A DNA stretch of 62,902 nucleotides, the filler included, from Sphacelaria rigidula (Eukaryota), in assembly GCA_964200075.2 (NCBI GenBank). It is 9 parts of 9 records of this genome, joined end to end, with 100 filler letters (N's around TTAATTAATTAA, not from the genome) between each part and the next. Parts side by side here need not be neighbours in the genome. Positions count along the whole stretch, not along the records: positions 21,003 to 27,902 come from CAXNAA020017502.1; positions 28,003 to 34,902 come from CAXNAA020017503.1; positions 35,003 to 41,902 come from CAXNAA020017504.1; 6 more parts are not named here. The stretch is one strand, 5' to 3'. The notes under the pieces are model-generated. The model searched no databases. It saw only the letters and a program-made list of their open reading frames with translations, and was not told the DNA's origin. Shown here one piece after another: positions 24,221 to 37,620 of this stretch (its first letter is position 1; each line of letters starts with the position of its first letter). Both the position numbers and the translations under genes were made by a program.

Positions 24221-27018
24221 GTAAAGTGGGTTCAAGTGTCGCGGGCATCTATCCCTTGCAAGGTCCTGCAGAAGTATCTGTATTTGTTCCCCTTCCTGTC
24301 CCACGCCCTCGATTTTCGTGTTCGCCTGAAAGGGGAGGTGTTTTGGGGGGGGGTGTACTCACGATATTACATGCAATAGTCGTAAGACCAATGTGTGTGT
24401 GTGTTTGGGGGAGGGGGGGGGGGGACTCGAAAGTCTGAATCGCAATGATCTAGCTGCTGGACGCGGTGATCCCTGAAGAAGAATGATTAGGCGCAAGTGT
24501 TGGACTGTCCTGCACTAGTTGTACTCATGACCTTGCATTCCATAGTCATGTGAGCATTGCGCTGGATATGGTGGATGATCGTACAACACCTGGAATATCA
24601 GCAACAAAATCTGTTTAGCGGGGTAGTTGTTGAAAGAGGAAAGCACGTACTTTCCCCCTCCCTCTATTACAGTAGAAAGTAACGATATCGCATGGATTGC
24701 GGTTATCCTGTTGTTCCAGTCTTTACGTCGCCATGGCCGTCGGTTTGGTCGTCACACCCCCTTTCCCCCGAGGGGCATCGCGAATGGTCGATAGGTTGGC
24801 GGACGAATATACCACACCTTGAACAGTATGTGGTGGATAGTTACAACAAAGAAGAAATGTACTGCGTAAGGTAAAGGCATTTTGAAACTATTGACCATAC
24901 ATTGTCAACGGTGTGAAATATATAGATATGTATCCATAGATCGAAATGGCTGACGAATGAGTTGACCATGCCTTACACCAACGTTGTACACCTACCCGCG
25001 GTAAAAGGTAGTCGACTAGAGATGAGACATGAAAGCGACAGTGATGTTCAGGATAGGGTAGGGTGCGAGTAGGGATCATTTGAGGTGTCGATACTCTCGG
25101 GTACCCTGGAACACACAGTATTTTCGGCAGTCGATACTCCTGGTAACCTGGAGTGCCGAGTACCAGAAAATACTCTGGGAATCTATTATACGGAGTACCT
25201 GGGGTATCGTACTTCATCCTCAGCATCTTGGAGTATCAAAGTTCCTGTCCAGGACAACTACTCGCGCGCGCGCACACACACACACGCGCACGCACACTTT
25301 AGAGTAAGATACACACACATTCTATACGAAGGGAAATGAACTAATCCGAGCAAGAGAGAAAAACGGACATGTGCAGCAGTAGCAATAAAAATACAAAACA
25401 TTTTTTTAAAACCCTATCCAGCGAATGTTTGTGATCCACGAAGTAGGAAGTGAGGGTTTTGTCGCGTGAGTGCTGCGCGGAAAAAGTGAAATTTATACGT
25501 TGAAATGTCTCTGGCTCTTGGCCCATGGAAAAAAAAAAACTTGAACACCCTGTATTGCGAGCCTCAACGTATGGATACTGACGTCGGCTAAAAATAGAAT
25601 TTTGACGTGAATATTCTGAGTTCTCACTGGACTCCGTATTTTTTTTTGGTGAGCATTTGATTTGTAGAAGGTTATGTCTACACGTTCGCGGCACGGAAAC
25701 GGGAAGCGCCTTTTGAGCCACATCCGGGAACTTGAAAAAATAAATAAAAGTGATGTCGAGATTGATGTCAGCGCAGCGCACAAGCTCTTGCACACGTCGC
25801 GAAGCTCGTCAGCTACGTTATTTCTTGTATAGTGCATTGAGCCGGATCATGAGCTATATACCTCATTTGGCCTCCTTTTTTTCATAGGTGTCCCCTACAG
25901 CATTCAGTTTCGTTTTTGTTGGGTACGTCTATCATGAGATCACGGCTGGACCCCCGGGGAGTCAGTTAACATGCGACAATCAATCAATCAGTCAACAGCG
26001 CTGGACGCCGGATAGGCGGAGTAGCCAAAGGTAACGCTTGGGCTTCCCGGACCACGCTGTCACGCACTTCGTGTTGTTGGGACAACGAGTCTGAGAATTA
26101 GTTCTCTTGGATTGGTCATTTGCATTGGTTATTGGTGGTGGCTCACAAGCTGTCCAACGTGCGAAGTCTTGCGACAAGGCCCACTTTTACACACCCTAGA
26201 AAATGACAAAAGATTACGCCGTCAAGAAGTACACTGTGTACAGTATCGACTACCGTGTGTCTAATGCAATTGGCAAGATATTCCATATTGCACGCAGTAG
26301 ATATCTCGACAATGTTAATTCATCGTCCAGGGTGCTCGTACACTTTTTTTGTTTGTGGTCACAACGCCGCTCCTTGGGGATCCCAAAATAATATATATAT
26401 AATTTTTTTTCTTCACTGATACTATACTGCTGTACCTGTTCGTTCTCGTCTTATCCTTGGTTGTTTCTCCGCTCCGCAGCGAGCGTGTGTGTGGTGTGTG
26501 GTGTGTGTTTTTCTCCAGTGTTTTTTATGTGTTGATTTCATCCATGATCCTCAACACTGCCATGAAACGCCCTTGAAAGGTGACCCACCTACATATGTGA
26601 ATGTGTCGACCATCTGCTATCCACCTCTGTAATCTATACGCCGGCTTTAGCCCCACTCCCAACCCTCATGACGCCCTTGACCGTTTACTCACGTTAGATG
26701 CCGCTGTGGTAACCCCCCCCCCTCCCCCTATAAGAGGTGCTCCGTCTCAAAAGGATGATCAATGGTCAAATGACTTGAGGCAAGCAACAAATTAGTACCC
26801 CCCCGCCCCCCTACTCGTCCCCTGCATGCATGATCATGAGTACACCCTACTCGTCCCCTCATTCCCTTTTTCTATTCGATCTTCCTTTGCCCAAGTTGTC
26901 TGAAAGAATATCTGGATCCTCGTCTCATATTTAGGCTCACGTATCTCTACCCCCCCCTCCGCACGCCCCTCCGAAACCCCTGCGCCGGAAAACAACAACG
27001 GGGAAAAAAAAAAAACAG

Positions 27019-27210
27019 CTCCTCGTGACCGAGTTCGACTTCCGCACCCCCGAGAGGCGTATGAACCTCTCCAACTCCACGTCGACGATGCTTAAGCTCG
27101 GGGTAGTACCGATCCTGAACGAGAACGATGCGGTGTCTGGAAACGAGGGCTACGAGTCGAATGGCCACTTCAGCGACAACGACGGGCTCGCCGCCCTCGT
27201 TGCCATGGAG
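27019..27210 (+). CDS. P5CS: P5CS exon 4
   Basis: ACAG|...|GTGTG, 192 nt. LLVT...GVVPILNENDAV...FSDNDGLAALVA carries the NEND and DND motifs of glutamate 5-kinase. Confidence 0.92.
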
Positions 27211-27404
27211 GTGTGTGAGCGATCATATGACGCAATTTTGCCTGTGTTGAGATGGGGCAAAAGGCAGGAGAGCAAACGGGCGATCTTTGCAAGGTTGTAT
27301 TTTGTAGGATATACTGTACCCCGCAAAGGGTAAGGTATTCATGCAAGTGTAAAGGGGACATTTTCGCGGTATTATAGATGCCCTTCCGAAACGAACCATA
27401 CTGG

Positions 27405-27609
27405 ATTGTTCTGTTTTGCTTTTGTCGACTTTTTTTTTTTTCCACGTCTTGGTCTACCATGTCGTTCTGGTCCACTTTTTCTGTTCCTTATTTTTCTTCA
27501 GCAGCGAGTGTTTCCGATTGGTTTTTCTTGGGCACGTGTATCATCTGACCACGGCTGGATCATAACCCCTGGGGGGGGTCAGTTCAAGTGCGACAATCAA
27601 TCAATCAAT
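27405..27609 (+). mobile_element. retroelement 3' end with (CAAT)n tail
   Basis: CCACGGCTGGA...CCCCTGGGGGGGTCAGTT.AAGTGCGACAATCAATCAAT. Copies at ~25885-25994(+), ~57334-57575(-), ~58555-58890(+) and ~61205-61413(+). Confidence 0.7.
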
Positions 27610-28002
27610 TTGTACACATCCCTGGTATGGTTTGGTATGCGAATCGGAAAATTCCTCCACTTTCGAGTATTTTACCCTACAGGACACAGCCTTGAATATT
27701 TGGTGTTTGAGTGTTGCTGTGTGAGGTCTATCCTGCAATTGCGGAGTATCCTCTTTCAGTCCGTTCGAGCTCATGTACGTATGTGTACGGGCGAGACGTG
27801 GCAAAAAAGGGGGAGGGGGGGGGGGGGGGAGGAAAAAAAAGAAGGGGGTGGGTAATCACTTTTTCTTTCTGGGGTTTTTTTCCCTATTTTCACCGAACTT
27901 TTNNNNNNNNNNNNNNNNNNNNNNNNNNNNNNNNNNNNNNNNNNNNTTAATTAATTAANNNNNNNNNNNNNNNNNNNNNNNNNNNNNNNNNNNNNNNNNN
28001 NN

Positions 28003-29420
28003 CGTCCCGCATTTCCCCCTCTAGCACGTCCCGTTCCTCCTTGTATACTTCACATTTTGCCACTTTATGACTTTTGCTCTCTGTTGCTTTGCCACAGAGA
28101 CAGTTCTGTCCATCTACTTCCTCCTCCTTTCGACGACTGGTAAATCTTCTTCTTTTTTCTGGCAGGTCCAGGTCCCCCACCCGAAATCGCAGGTTCACTT
28201 TTTTCGCCGCGTCCATGGGGCCATGCAGATATGTTTTCATTCCGATGTCCTCTCTCAACCCTCCGTATATCTCCAGGTGTTCTTCATCGTCTACCTTACA
28301 TCTGAGCGCTCCTCTTTCCCTTATGTTTATTATGTCTCTTACTTTCGTCTTGTATCCCGCGCCTTCACCGATGGACCATATTTCGTTTTGGTTTCTTCCT
28401 ATCCCCTTCCCTACTTTCTCGACTTCTGTATCCTACCTTAAAGCATGCACTTTGGTCTTTTTTTACATACAGCCTCATCAACTATAGCTGGCAGTCTCTT
28501 TCTCTGCATGTTCTTTATGCTATATTGCCATCTCAGTTTTCCTCATGTTTCTGTTTGTTTTCAGTGGGTACGCTCCCAACTCTGCTCTCAAAACTGTATT
28601 ACTCGTCGTTTTCGAGCATCCAAGTATCTTCTCCGCTGCTGCCATCTATACTGTTTCCAACCTCTCCACCAACTTCACGTTCCCCTCCCATACTTTTACA
28701 TATTCCAGCTTTGGTACGATCACGTTCATCAGGTCTTAATCCTAGTGTCTAGGAGCGAATCTCTGAGAATCACGTCCACCCTTCCTATCTGTGCCTCACC
28801 CTCTTTTATTACTTTGTTTATGTGTGCATCCCGCCTACAGTTCCTTGACATCTCTACGCCAAGGTATGTATACTTGTCTACGATCGGCTCTTCTTCTCCC
28901 CACTTCCACTTGAACTCTACCGGATTTTTCTCATATTCGTTACAAACGAGTACCGCGCATTTGTCAACATTCGCTGTCACTCTCCATTTCCTAGTGTATT
29001 CTAGCGCCTTGTCTAAAAGTTTTTGCAATCCAGGTGCTGTTTCTGAAATCCCCACAAAATCATCTGCGAACATCAATCCTGATACCATATCTTCACCCAC
29101 CTTGACCCCTTGCTTTGCTGCTTCTATTGCTACTATCAAGTCATGAATGAAGACCTTGAATAAAGTGGGTGATAACGTACATCCTTGTGCAACTCCTTGT
29201 AAGATATCGAAATATTTCGATATTTCCCCGTCTAGCATCATGGCACTTTTGGCACATTCTGGTATCAATCTCCACATCTTTCCTCTGATCCCAGTTTCCC
29301 ACAACTTCTTCCACAGCCCGTTTCTCCACTCTGTGTCATAAGCCTTTTGCACGTCCAGAAAGAAATAGTAGGTTGTCAACCCGGCGACTTTCCTAACTTG
29401 AATAATCTCTACCTAGCTTG
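28003..29420 (-). mobile_element. 5'-truncated, decayed non-LTR retrotransposon (RTEX-like) RT and C-terminal Zn-knuckle
   Basis: FLDVQKAYD, GVAQGCTLSPTLF, LMFADD and YTYLG motifs (ORF 28729-29379), then stops and frameshifts, then LRFRVG...CLCGKATESKSHKVAKC (ORF ending at the contig edge). Confidence 0.92.
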
Positions 29421-31257
29421 CTCGTACTTCCTCCTACACAGAAGTAAAGTCGGTTATGGGGCACGGATCATATCGTTTGAACGGAAGCGCGTAAGATGCT
29501 GTAGTTAGATCCTTTGGGAAGATACAGTAACGGAGATGGTGACGAACAAAAATGAAACAATAATCTGAGTTGGTATTGGAGAGAAATCGTGGGATGAAAT
29601 TGATCAAATTTAGGCCGATTTCGTCCAATTTTGAACCGTTTTCGGCCGAATTTGGACAATTGTTGCGTGTGTTCGTGGTGACTGCAGTCCACAACATGAC
29701 AACACGCTATAAGACGAGGCGTACGTATCGTCCATCAATGATAAAGCGCAAACACCAAATTTTGGGGTATTCTTGCGTTCTCGGCCATTTTTCCGAGTTT
29801 CACTTATTCTCCCTTTTTTCCGGGAACGGGGAAAAAACGTCCATTTCTGGGCAAACTGCTTTTGTTTCAGCCGCTGGTCCATGCTGAGCCGAGCCCCCAA
29901 AAAAAGAAGGATTCCACTACAAAAATGACAAAAAAAAAAAATCAAAACTATCTTCGCAAACGTCATCGGACACGGTCAAGGGCCCGTATAACCATAGCCT
30001 ACTTTACTCATGTGTTGAAGGAAGTATGTGTGCAAATTGCAGTACAGGATTGTTGACCATTGAGTCGGACGCGCGAAGGAAAAGTGTTGCGATGTCACCG
30101 TAGCTGATTGATCGAGGCACGCGAGAGTACAGCGATCGATAAGAGTTGATTCAAGATTTTCACAAAGTACGAGAAACGGAAACCTCTGACTGTAGAAGGC
30201 GATCGCAAGGGGGTACACAAAATTGAAATATTCGATTGACTGTCGTGGCGAGAGTAACACCAAGATATGAAGATACGAAATCCATAAACTTCTGTAGTGG
30301 AAACATGGGTCAGCGACGTGGATACGGTAGACTGATGTAGCGTAGAAAAGCCGAAATGTCACGACGTGAGCGTTGTAGCAAAAACATTGGCACAGAAATA
30401 ATTCCGAATATGACCGTAGAAGATTGTACCACAAACAGTGAAGAACAGTATGTGCTAAATCTTGATCATAATGTCGAGCAGCGGCCGGAAACCTGCCGAG
30501 AGAATGAAGAAGAGATTTTCACGTTTTTTGGTGACTACACCGGTAGATTGTGTTGGACTACTGACTGCAGAAGGGTTGAATGTGCTGAAATACGGATTTT
30601 CTTCGTAACAAATGTGCAAGCAGTTGAGTTATTGACTGTTGTAATTGACGCTCGTAACACAAGTGGTTCGATTTACTGTAGGAGGAAAACGCCAAGAGAG
30701 TACTCGTACGGTGATCGGTGAACGTTGACTGAAAAATTATCGCAGGGCACGGTGATCGGAAAATCATGACTGCTGAAAGCAATCGCAGGGGTACGGTAAG
30801 TGTTTTTTTTTCGATCGACTGTTGTAGTGATGAACGCAAAATGTGGGACATGATATCCCGTATATTGTTGGAGCGAAAACATTGGGTCAGCAACGTAAAC
30901 ATGAAGGACTGATGTAGCGTGAGCAAGCCTGATATACCATGATGTGATGAGCGCTGGGAAGACATGAGTACAGTACATGATTCCGAACAATAACTGTAGG
31001 AGTGCACCACAGGTGGAGATACAAAACAACGTGCGCTGCGTTTCAATCAGAGTTGAGTAACGGCCGGAAAATTGCCAAAAGTACAGTAGGATAATTTTGC
31101 AGGATATGCCGAAATGTGATAGTAGCAGATGCCAACATTATATTGTAGGGGGATAATATTAACGGAAGTACAGGCTATCTGCCTGTTGCGCGTGAGATTG
31201 TGTTCGAGGATACAGTAACCCTTTCCCATGTTTTGGAAACTAAAAACAAAAAATAGG

Positions 31258-31293
<36 letters not shown>

Positions 31294-34200
31294 GGGAAGG
31301 GGAAAGGGGGGGGGTGTTTGTTGGTTTTATGTGGGGGGGTTGACTGTGAAGAGTATACGTGTCGGATATATGTCGATCGTATGTGATACCATCTGCAGAA
31401 GCAGAGAGAGAAATTGACATCGGTTTCAGTAGAAAATAGGATTCTGATGTTGGTGCAGTAGACCGGGTATGAGGTAAGATGTCAGGTACAGCAGAATTAG
31501 TATAATTTCATTCTGTTCCGAGATTTCCGCTGATGTCTGACGTGGTGTGGAAGTGATGCAAATGCGTGCTGGTTGACTTTCATGTATTCGTTGGAAGGAG
31601 TTTATGGCGGATTGGGCTTGATGTTCCATGGCCTATTTTTGCGTGGAGATTGCATTACATATTTTTTTGGATGAAAAAATGACTCTTGGAGATGAATTCA
31701 AGAGTGCAGGATGTTTCACGATTGTTTTTAGGTCGGGAGCAGAAGTGAACTTTTTCTCCCGATTTTTCCGCTTTGTTTTGAATTAGCGGACGTTCACCTC
31801 TGATGCTTCGAGGGTCACCCGGTACGTGCCTTCGGATTGTTGGAGCTGTGTTTTGATCTCCCCGGCCGGGCTAGGTTGGGTGGAGACGGTGTGTGCTGAG
31901 TTGCTCATCTCCCCAACTGGGTCGAGACTGTGTGTTAAGTAGGAGAGTATGTGACTGATTTTCCTGCTTTTGATTATTCTGAGTTTTGCGTATAGTGAGC
32001 GGAAGCGAGGATTCTTTTTCGCACAGGCGGAATTTTCCTCTTGCTTTGCTTCTGATAATGAGAACAAAGATATCGCAGGTTGGGGGGGGGTATTAAAATA
32101 ACTGAACATCTTGTGGGAAATCTACGAGTAGGATCTCCGATGTAGTGCCTGACCTGACGTGTGGTGATTTGATTGGGTACAGGTGTAGGGGTGTTCCACC
32201 GCACTTGGCGTGTTGGGACTTACGTGTTGACTTGACAAAGTGGGACAGAGCTCGTGGTCCGCACACGAGTTCACTTCTCTGCACCACCGCAATCAGACTA
32301 GCTGGGCTGTACTAGCAACCTATTTCACCACTTCTCCTCGGGTGCACGAGCCAACCAACAGGGTACACACTTCGCTGGGATGAGAAAATATTGGCTACCA
32401 TGAGAGCATTCATCCGCGCTCTGGCCATTGAGTCTCAGGTTGGTAGGGAAAGGGGTGGGGGGGAGTCCTACATGGCATTTTTTCAAAAACGTACAATCGA
32501 TTTTCGGGGTGTTGAGATATTTCTGTTTTTCATCAGGACGAGATAATTTTTTGCACAAGTCAGCAAGAACAGGCACGATACTGTAACGGCTATTCGTTTG
32601 AAAGCAAAAAGGGTACGGAATAAGAAGAGAAAACGCGTACGCGGGAAACACGCGCACACAAAGTACAGAGAACAAAGAACAGAGAACCTAGCATGTAGCG
32701 AACGCCTGAAATGTAAATCATACACTGAGCTTCCAAAACGCCGAGCAAAACCCGGGATGATTGATCTGTCCCAAGATGGCTAATGCGCCACGAATCTAGA
32801 CATCACAAGATTGGCGTGACCAAGGCAAACAAGCGGAAATACTCGCGGAAGGAACCTTGGATAAGGGAGGGGGGGGTGGGGGGGGGGCATGCTTATTTGT
32901 TGCTTGCCTTCGTCGTTTGACTACTTACCACGGATCCCTTTCGGGACGGAGCAAAGACCTTGGGGACAGGAGGAGACACTGGAGTACAGAAGCAGAAGAG
33001 AATGAAGCCAAGCCAAGATCGAGTGCCGGTCCCGATACATAATGTAATCTACCTACCTGTACGTAACGCGAGACTACACCAAGTGAAATACGGTGCGCGC
33101 GGGGGGGGGGGGGGGGGGGGGGTACTCATGATCTTGCATGCCAGAGTCATGAGACCATTGACGTCGCATCACTACAAAGCCGGGATGGAGCACGGCGGAT
33201 TTTTTCGCCGCAGGGGTTGGGGGAAGAAAATTTCGTACAGAATCTTCTCTTTTGTTTTCGCTCTTCGCGACTAGTAGGGCTGAGGTCAAGTTGTCGACAA
33301 AATCCATTGTTACACAAGCTGGGCCAGCTGACAGTGATTTTTTCATGTTTCTGGACCGGGCTGTGGATCTTTCGAGGAGTTGGGCGCTGAAAATTTTGAC
33401 ACTGACATTTTCATGATCAATACGCACAACCTCCCCGGGGATGCAACGAAAAAAAAACAGAAAGTTAGAGCGATTTGAAGTTTCTGCAAAAACTGGAAAA
33501 ATGTCAATCTTGTGACGTCGTGAAAAGAAATGAATACGTCGACATCCCTCGGGTTGTTGTGTGTACTTGTGTGCAGGAGATCCTGGTGCAATTTCGGCCA
33601 AAAATACTTCAAATTGGGCGCGGCAGAGCACTTTTTGTGTGACACCGCTGCGACCCTGTATTCCAAGTGATACACGAGACTCCAATTATGAAGGTCACGA
33701 GTTCGAATCCCGACGGATTCCTTTTATTTTGTTCCGTCGGTATGGCCATACATTATGGAGTGCATTTTTTCATTCCTTCTACATTCAGCGGCGGTGCCGT
33801 GCGTTACCAGTTTGGCCTGCAGTTCACACCGATATACTCAAGTCGTGCTGATTTGGTAAACTTGATAAGTTATGGCGTGACGTGCAAATGCGGGATTTAC
33901 AGCTGGCCGAGCTCGTATATACCTGCACTGCACAGTCAAGTCAAGAATAAATGTCCAAGTGTGAAGCATCATATTTCGATTTTTAGCCAGCTTGCAGTCC
34001 CAATAGATCGCCTACCGTGTGCACCACACAATTTGCCCCGTGAATGAGTAGGGCACTGCATGTATCTATCCCCCTTACCCGAGGTTGCTCACTGTGCCTG
34101 GTGCACATGGCGGGTTTGCTATTGGATCGGTGTTATGGTATGATGCGAAAAAAGTGCATGTGTGTGATGCCGCGATACCCTTCCCCGAGAAAATAGCTGG

Positions 34201-34510
34201 TTCGAGAGAGGGCAAAATCTCCATGTAAACCAAAATGACAAAAGCCGAGCACACCGAGCAGCTGGGAACCCGAATGCTTGGCATCGTTCTTGCCAATGTC
34301 GCCAATATGAGGGGCTTCACAAAGTCTGAAACCAGCTATCATGCGCTGTATTGCTTTTTAATAAATATGACAGTTTTTGGGCTGGTCTGGGGGGGCGGGC
34401 TATCGCGGGGTCATTCGTGTTCAACCATGAATTCTTATCGCCGAATTGTGCGTATACACTATGCTCTGCAGCATGTTCCGGCTTCATATTTTCGATTATA
34501 TGCGTCTCAC

Positions 34511-34684
34511 CTCCCGGTGCGGCATGAGGTCGGATTTGAGGTACACTCCCGCCGAGCTCATGAACACATAGTGGTCGACTTTGCCCTTGAAGACGTCGGC
34601 GATGCACTTGGTATCCCCGACTTCGCGAGCGTTCATGTCGTAGACGGCATCGAACTTCTCCCCTCCGAGGGTGCTCTTGCATAC
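34511..34684 (-). CDS. CSP41b: chloroplast stem-loop RNA-binding protein CSP41b-like (NAD-dependent epimerase/SDR fold), internal exon
   Basis: CAG|...|GTGAG, 174 nt. FDAVYDMNARE...YVFMSSAGVYLKSDLMPHRE matches CSP41b FDVVYDINGRE...SSAGVYLKSD.LPH.E. Confidence 0.85.
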
Positions 34685-35002
34685 CTGTCCCAAAAGGGGG
34701 AGAAAGCATTGTTCACAACAGGTGAAGTGAAGGGGAGGGCAGGTGGGGGGAATGTACTCATGCTCTCGCATGCCGTAGTAATCAGACCATTGACTTCGTA
34801 TACCTGCAAAGCCGGTGGATGGGCGGGGTGACGGGGGGGGGGGGGGGGGGGACAAAAGTGAACAAAAAAGGGGGGTTGCCGTAATATTCTGGAACAACAA
34901 ACNNNNNNNNNNNNNNNNNNNNNNNNNNNNNNNNNNNNNNNNNNNNTTAATTAATTAANNNNNNNNNNNNNNNNNNNNNNNNNNNNNNNNNNNNNNNNNN
35001 NN

Positions 35003-35667
35003 ACCACTGCGCCACTCAGTCAGAGCGCAGACTGAGTGGCGCAGTGGTGGAGTTCGTTCTGACGAACAAAAGAAGTGCGAGATCGATTCTCGGCGCGATC
35101 ACTTCTTCTTTCCCATAGTCGAAGAAATATATTTTCCGTAGTTGTGGAAATATATCAGAACGTCCAGGCCCACCCTGGTCACTTCGGCAGCGTTGGCGAG
35201 GGGTAACCCGGAGAAGGCACCGAGAGGACGAACTCAAGAACATTCGTGCTAACTTCATTACAGTACAGAACTGTACCTGGTACAGTGCAGTAGAGTCCAG
35301 TGCAGCACAGCACAGCACAGTAGAACATGGTGCTGTGTACTGCACTGCCACCAAGAGCATAGTGCAGTCCGCCAAAGATAAGGGTAGTTGCTGAAGTGTA
35401 TCTACGTAAGGGTGATCGGGTCGAATCCTGCAATAATCAAACCCTGCGCACTGTGTGCGTGGATAACGTGTATATCTTTGGGTTGCGTCAGCCATCACGC
35501 ACATCGCTGACGGAAAATATATTTCTTCGACTATGGGAAAGAAGAAGTGATCGCGCCGAGAATCGATCTCGCACTTCTTTTGTTCGTCAGAACGAACTCC
35601 ACCACTACGCCACTCAGTCAGCGCAGACTGAGTGGCGCAGTGGTGGAGTTCGTTCCGACGAACAAAA
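35003..35667. repeat. inverted-repeat element with dyad junctions
   Basis: 35031-35139 is an almost perfect reverse complement of 35510-35619. Each outer end is fused through AGCGCA to another inverted copy of the arm. Confidence 0.8.
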
Positions 35668-35906
35668 CATACGATGGAAGGCACGCTACGTCAAACGCAC
35701 TGATCTCAACCCTCCACCCATTCACCCCCCGGTCCATTCCCTCCCTTTTGATGGTAGATGTGGAGGATCCCCAGGACTCACTCACGGGGTGCAACGTCTG
35801 GATGCCTGTTTGAACGTCGGCGGGGGCAGTCCGAATGTTGCATACGACACCAATGTCGATCCCGAGGTAACAGCGCCACGAGTCCCAGGTTGCTGAATGG
35901 TTCCAA

Positions 35907-36511
35907 GGTTGTGTTCTGTAGGATACGGTTCTCTGTATATCCGGGGTATTTTCCCGGGTATTTACCGTCCCCGACAGTTCTGTGACTTCTGTAAGGCGTT
36001 CGAACCGGTGCCCGACAGTTGTGTAATCTCTATAAGACTTTCATACCCTTACCCGATAGTTCTGTGAGTTCTGTAAGCCTCCGTACCGTCACTGGGGGAT
36101 ACGGGTACGCTTTTGATAAGATACCCGATTGCGGGTACGGTTTTCTGTGCAACCTTCATACCCTGCCCAACAGTTTCTGTGAGTTCTGTAAGCCTCCCAT
36201 ACCCTTACCCGACAGTTCTGTGAGTTCTGTACATAATGTTTACCCATACGCGGAGCGCGGCTATGCTCTTGAAGACGAACCCCATTGTCGGCACGGTTTT
36301 GCTGTAAGTCTCCCGTACCGTACCCGGCAAGTTCTGCAATTTCTGTGAGACGTTTATCCAGTACAGGTACCCGACAGTTCTGTAAGCTCTGTAAGCCTCC
36401 CATACCCCTACCCGGGGTTAGGGTATACCGTTGTAGATATACCCGATTGCAGGTACAGAACAGGGGTATACGTTGGAGAGGTATGAATATAGGCTCAATC
36501 CAAACACAACC
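35907..36511. mobile_element. MITE with GGTTGTGTT termini and internal CCCGACAGTTCTGTGAGTTCTGTA subrepeats
   Basis: Highly similar to 37083-37620. Related ends at 43581-43851 and ~27675-27692. Confidence 0.75.
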
Positions 36512-37082
36512 TCATGACCTGAACATGTACCTCCCATCGAGCAACTCACCCTACTCCTTCATTCAACACTGCACACCAACAAAAAAATAATGTTGGAATG
36601 TTCTTTTGTGTCTAATTTGACGGGATACGAGGAACTGCTGAGTGGAAACACGAAACATGTGCAGCATTGCAGACCTTCTGAATTGATCATCCCAAGACTC
36701 GAGTGGGGCGGCTCACCGGCGCCACCAGGGGAGCAAGTAGCAAGACGCACGCCATCGACGTTGATGGTGGTTGTGTCGTTATCGAACCTCAGGTCGTTAT
36801 CGACATGCACAGCAGAGAAAATTTGCTGCTACCGGAAGTCGTCAAGGTCGTCGACGATTCTGTCGTCCCGAAGGGCTTCCAGAGAGCGGGCAGCCGTGAA
36901 TGCTCCTTCATGTACACGAAGCCGATAGATGTTGACGATCCCGTGCACATGTAGTACTGCGTGTGTTCGTGTAGTATTTCTCTATCAGCCCCGGGAAGTT
37001 GTTCAGATTTTTTGTTCACGGTCATCCGTAGTTCGCCACGATAGTGACGCAGGTCCCACCACAGGGGTGATGATAATACCAA

Positions 37083-37620
37083 GGTCGTGTTTTGTAGGGT
37101 ACATTTTTTCCATATAACTGGGGTATTTTCCCGGGTATTTACCGTACCTTACACTTCTGTGACTTCTGTAATATTTTTACACCGGTACCCGACAGTTCTG
37201 TGACTTCTGTAAGGCGTTCGAACCGGTACCCGACAGTTGTGTAATCTCTCTAAGACTTTCATACCCTTACCCGATAGTTCTGTGAGTTCTGTAGGCCTCC
37301 CGTACCGTCATCGGTGGGCGCCGGTATGCTCATGATAAGATACCCGATTGCGGGTACGGTTTTCTGTGCAACCTTCATACCCTGCCCAACAGTTTCTGTG
37401 AGTTCTGTAAGCTTCCCATACCCTTACCCGATAGTTCTGTGAGTTCTGTATATAATGTTTACCCATACCCGGAGCGCGGGTATGCTCTTGAAGACGAACC
37501 CCCTTGTCGGCACGGTTTTTCTGTAAGTCTCCCGTACTGTACTCGACAAGTTCTGCAATTTCTGTAAGATTTTCATACCGATACCCTATAGAACATGCCC
37601 GCACCCTACAGGACACAACC
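37083..37620. mobile_element. second copy of the same MITE
   Basis: GGTCGTGTTTTGTAGGG...CCCTACAGGACACAACC terminal inverted repeat. Confidence 0.8.

Noticed and set aside
32300-32335. TGGTGAAATAGG (minus strand) as an LTR primer-binding site
   Set aside because: It is not preceded by a CA-ending LTR and no gag or pol motifs follow.
35960-37570. Regularly spaced ~24-nt repeats resembling a CRISPR array
   Set aside because: The repeats are degenerate, the intervening sequences are duplicated between two MITE copies, there are no cas genes, and the context is eukaryotic.
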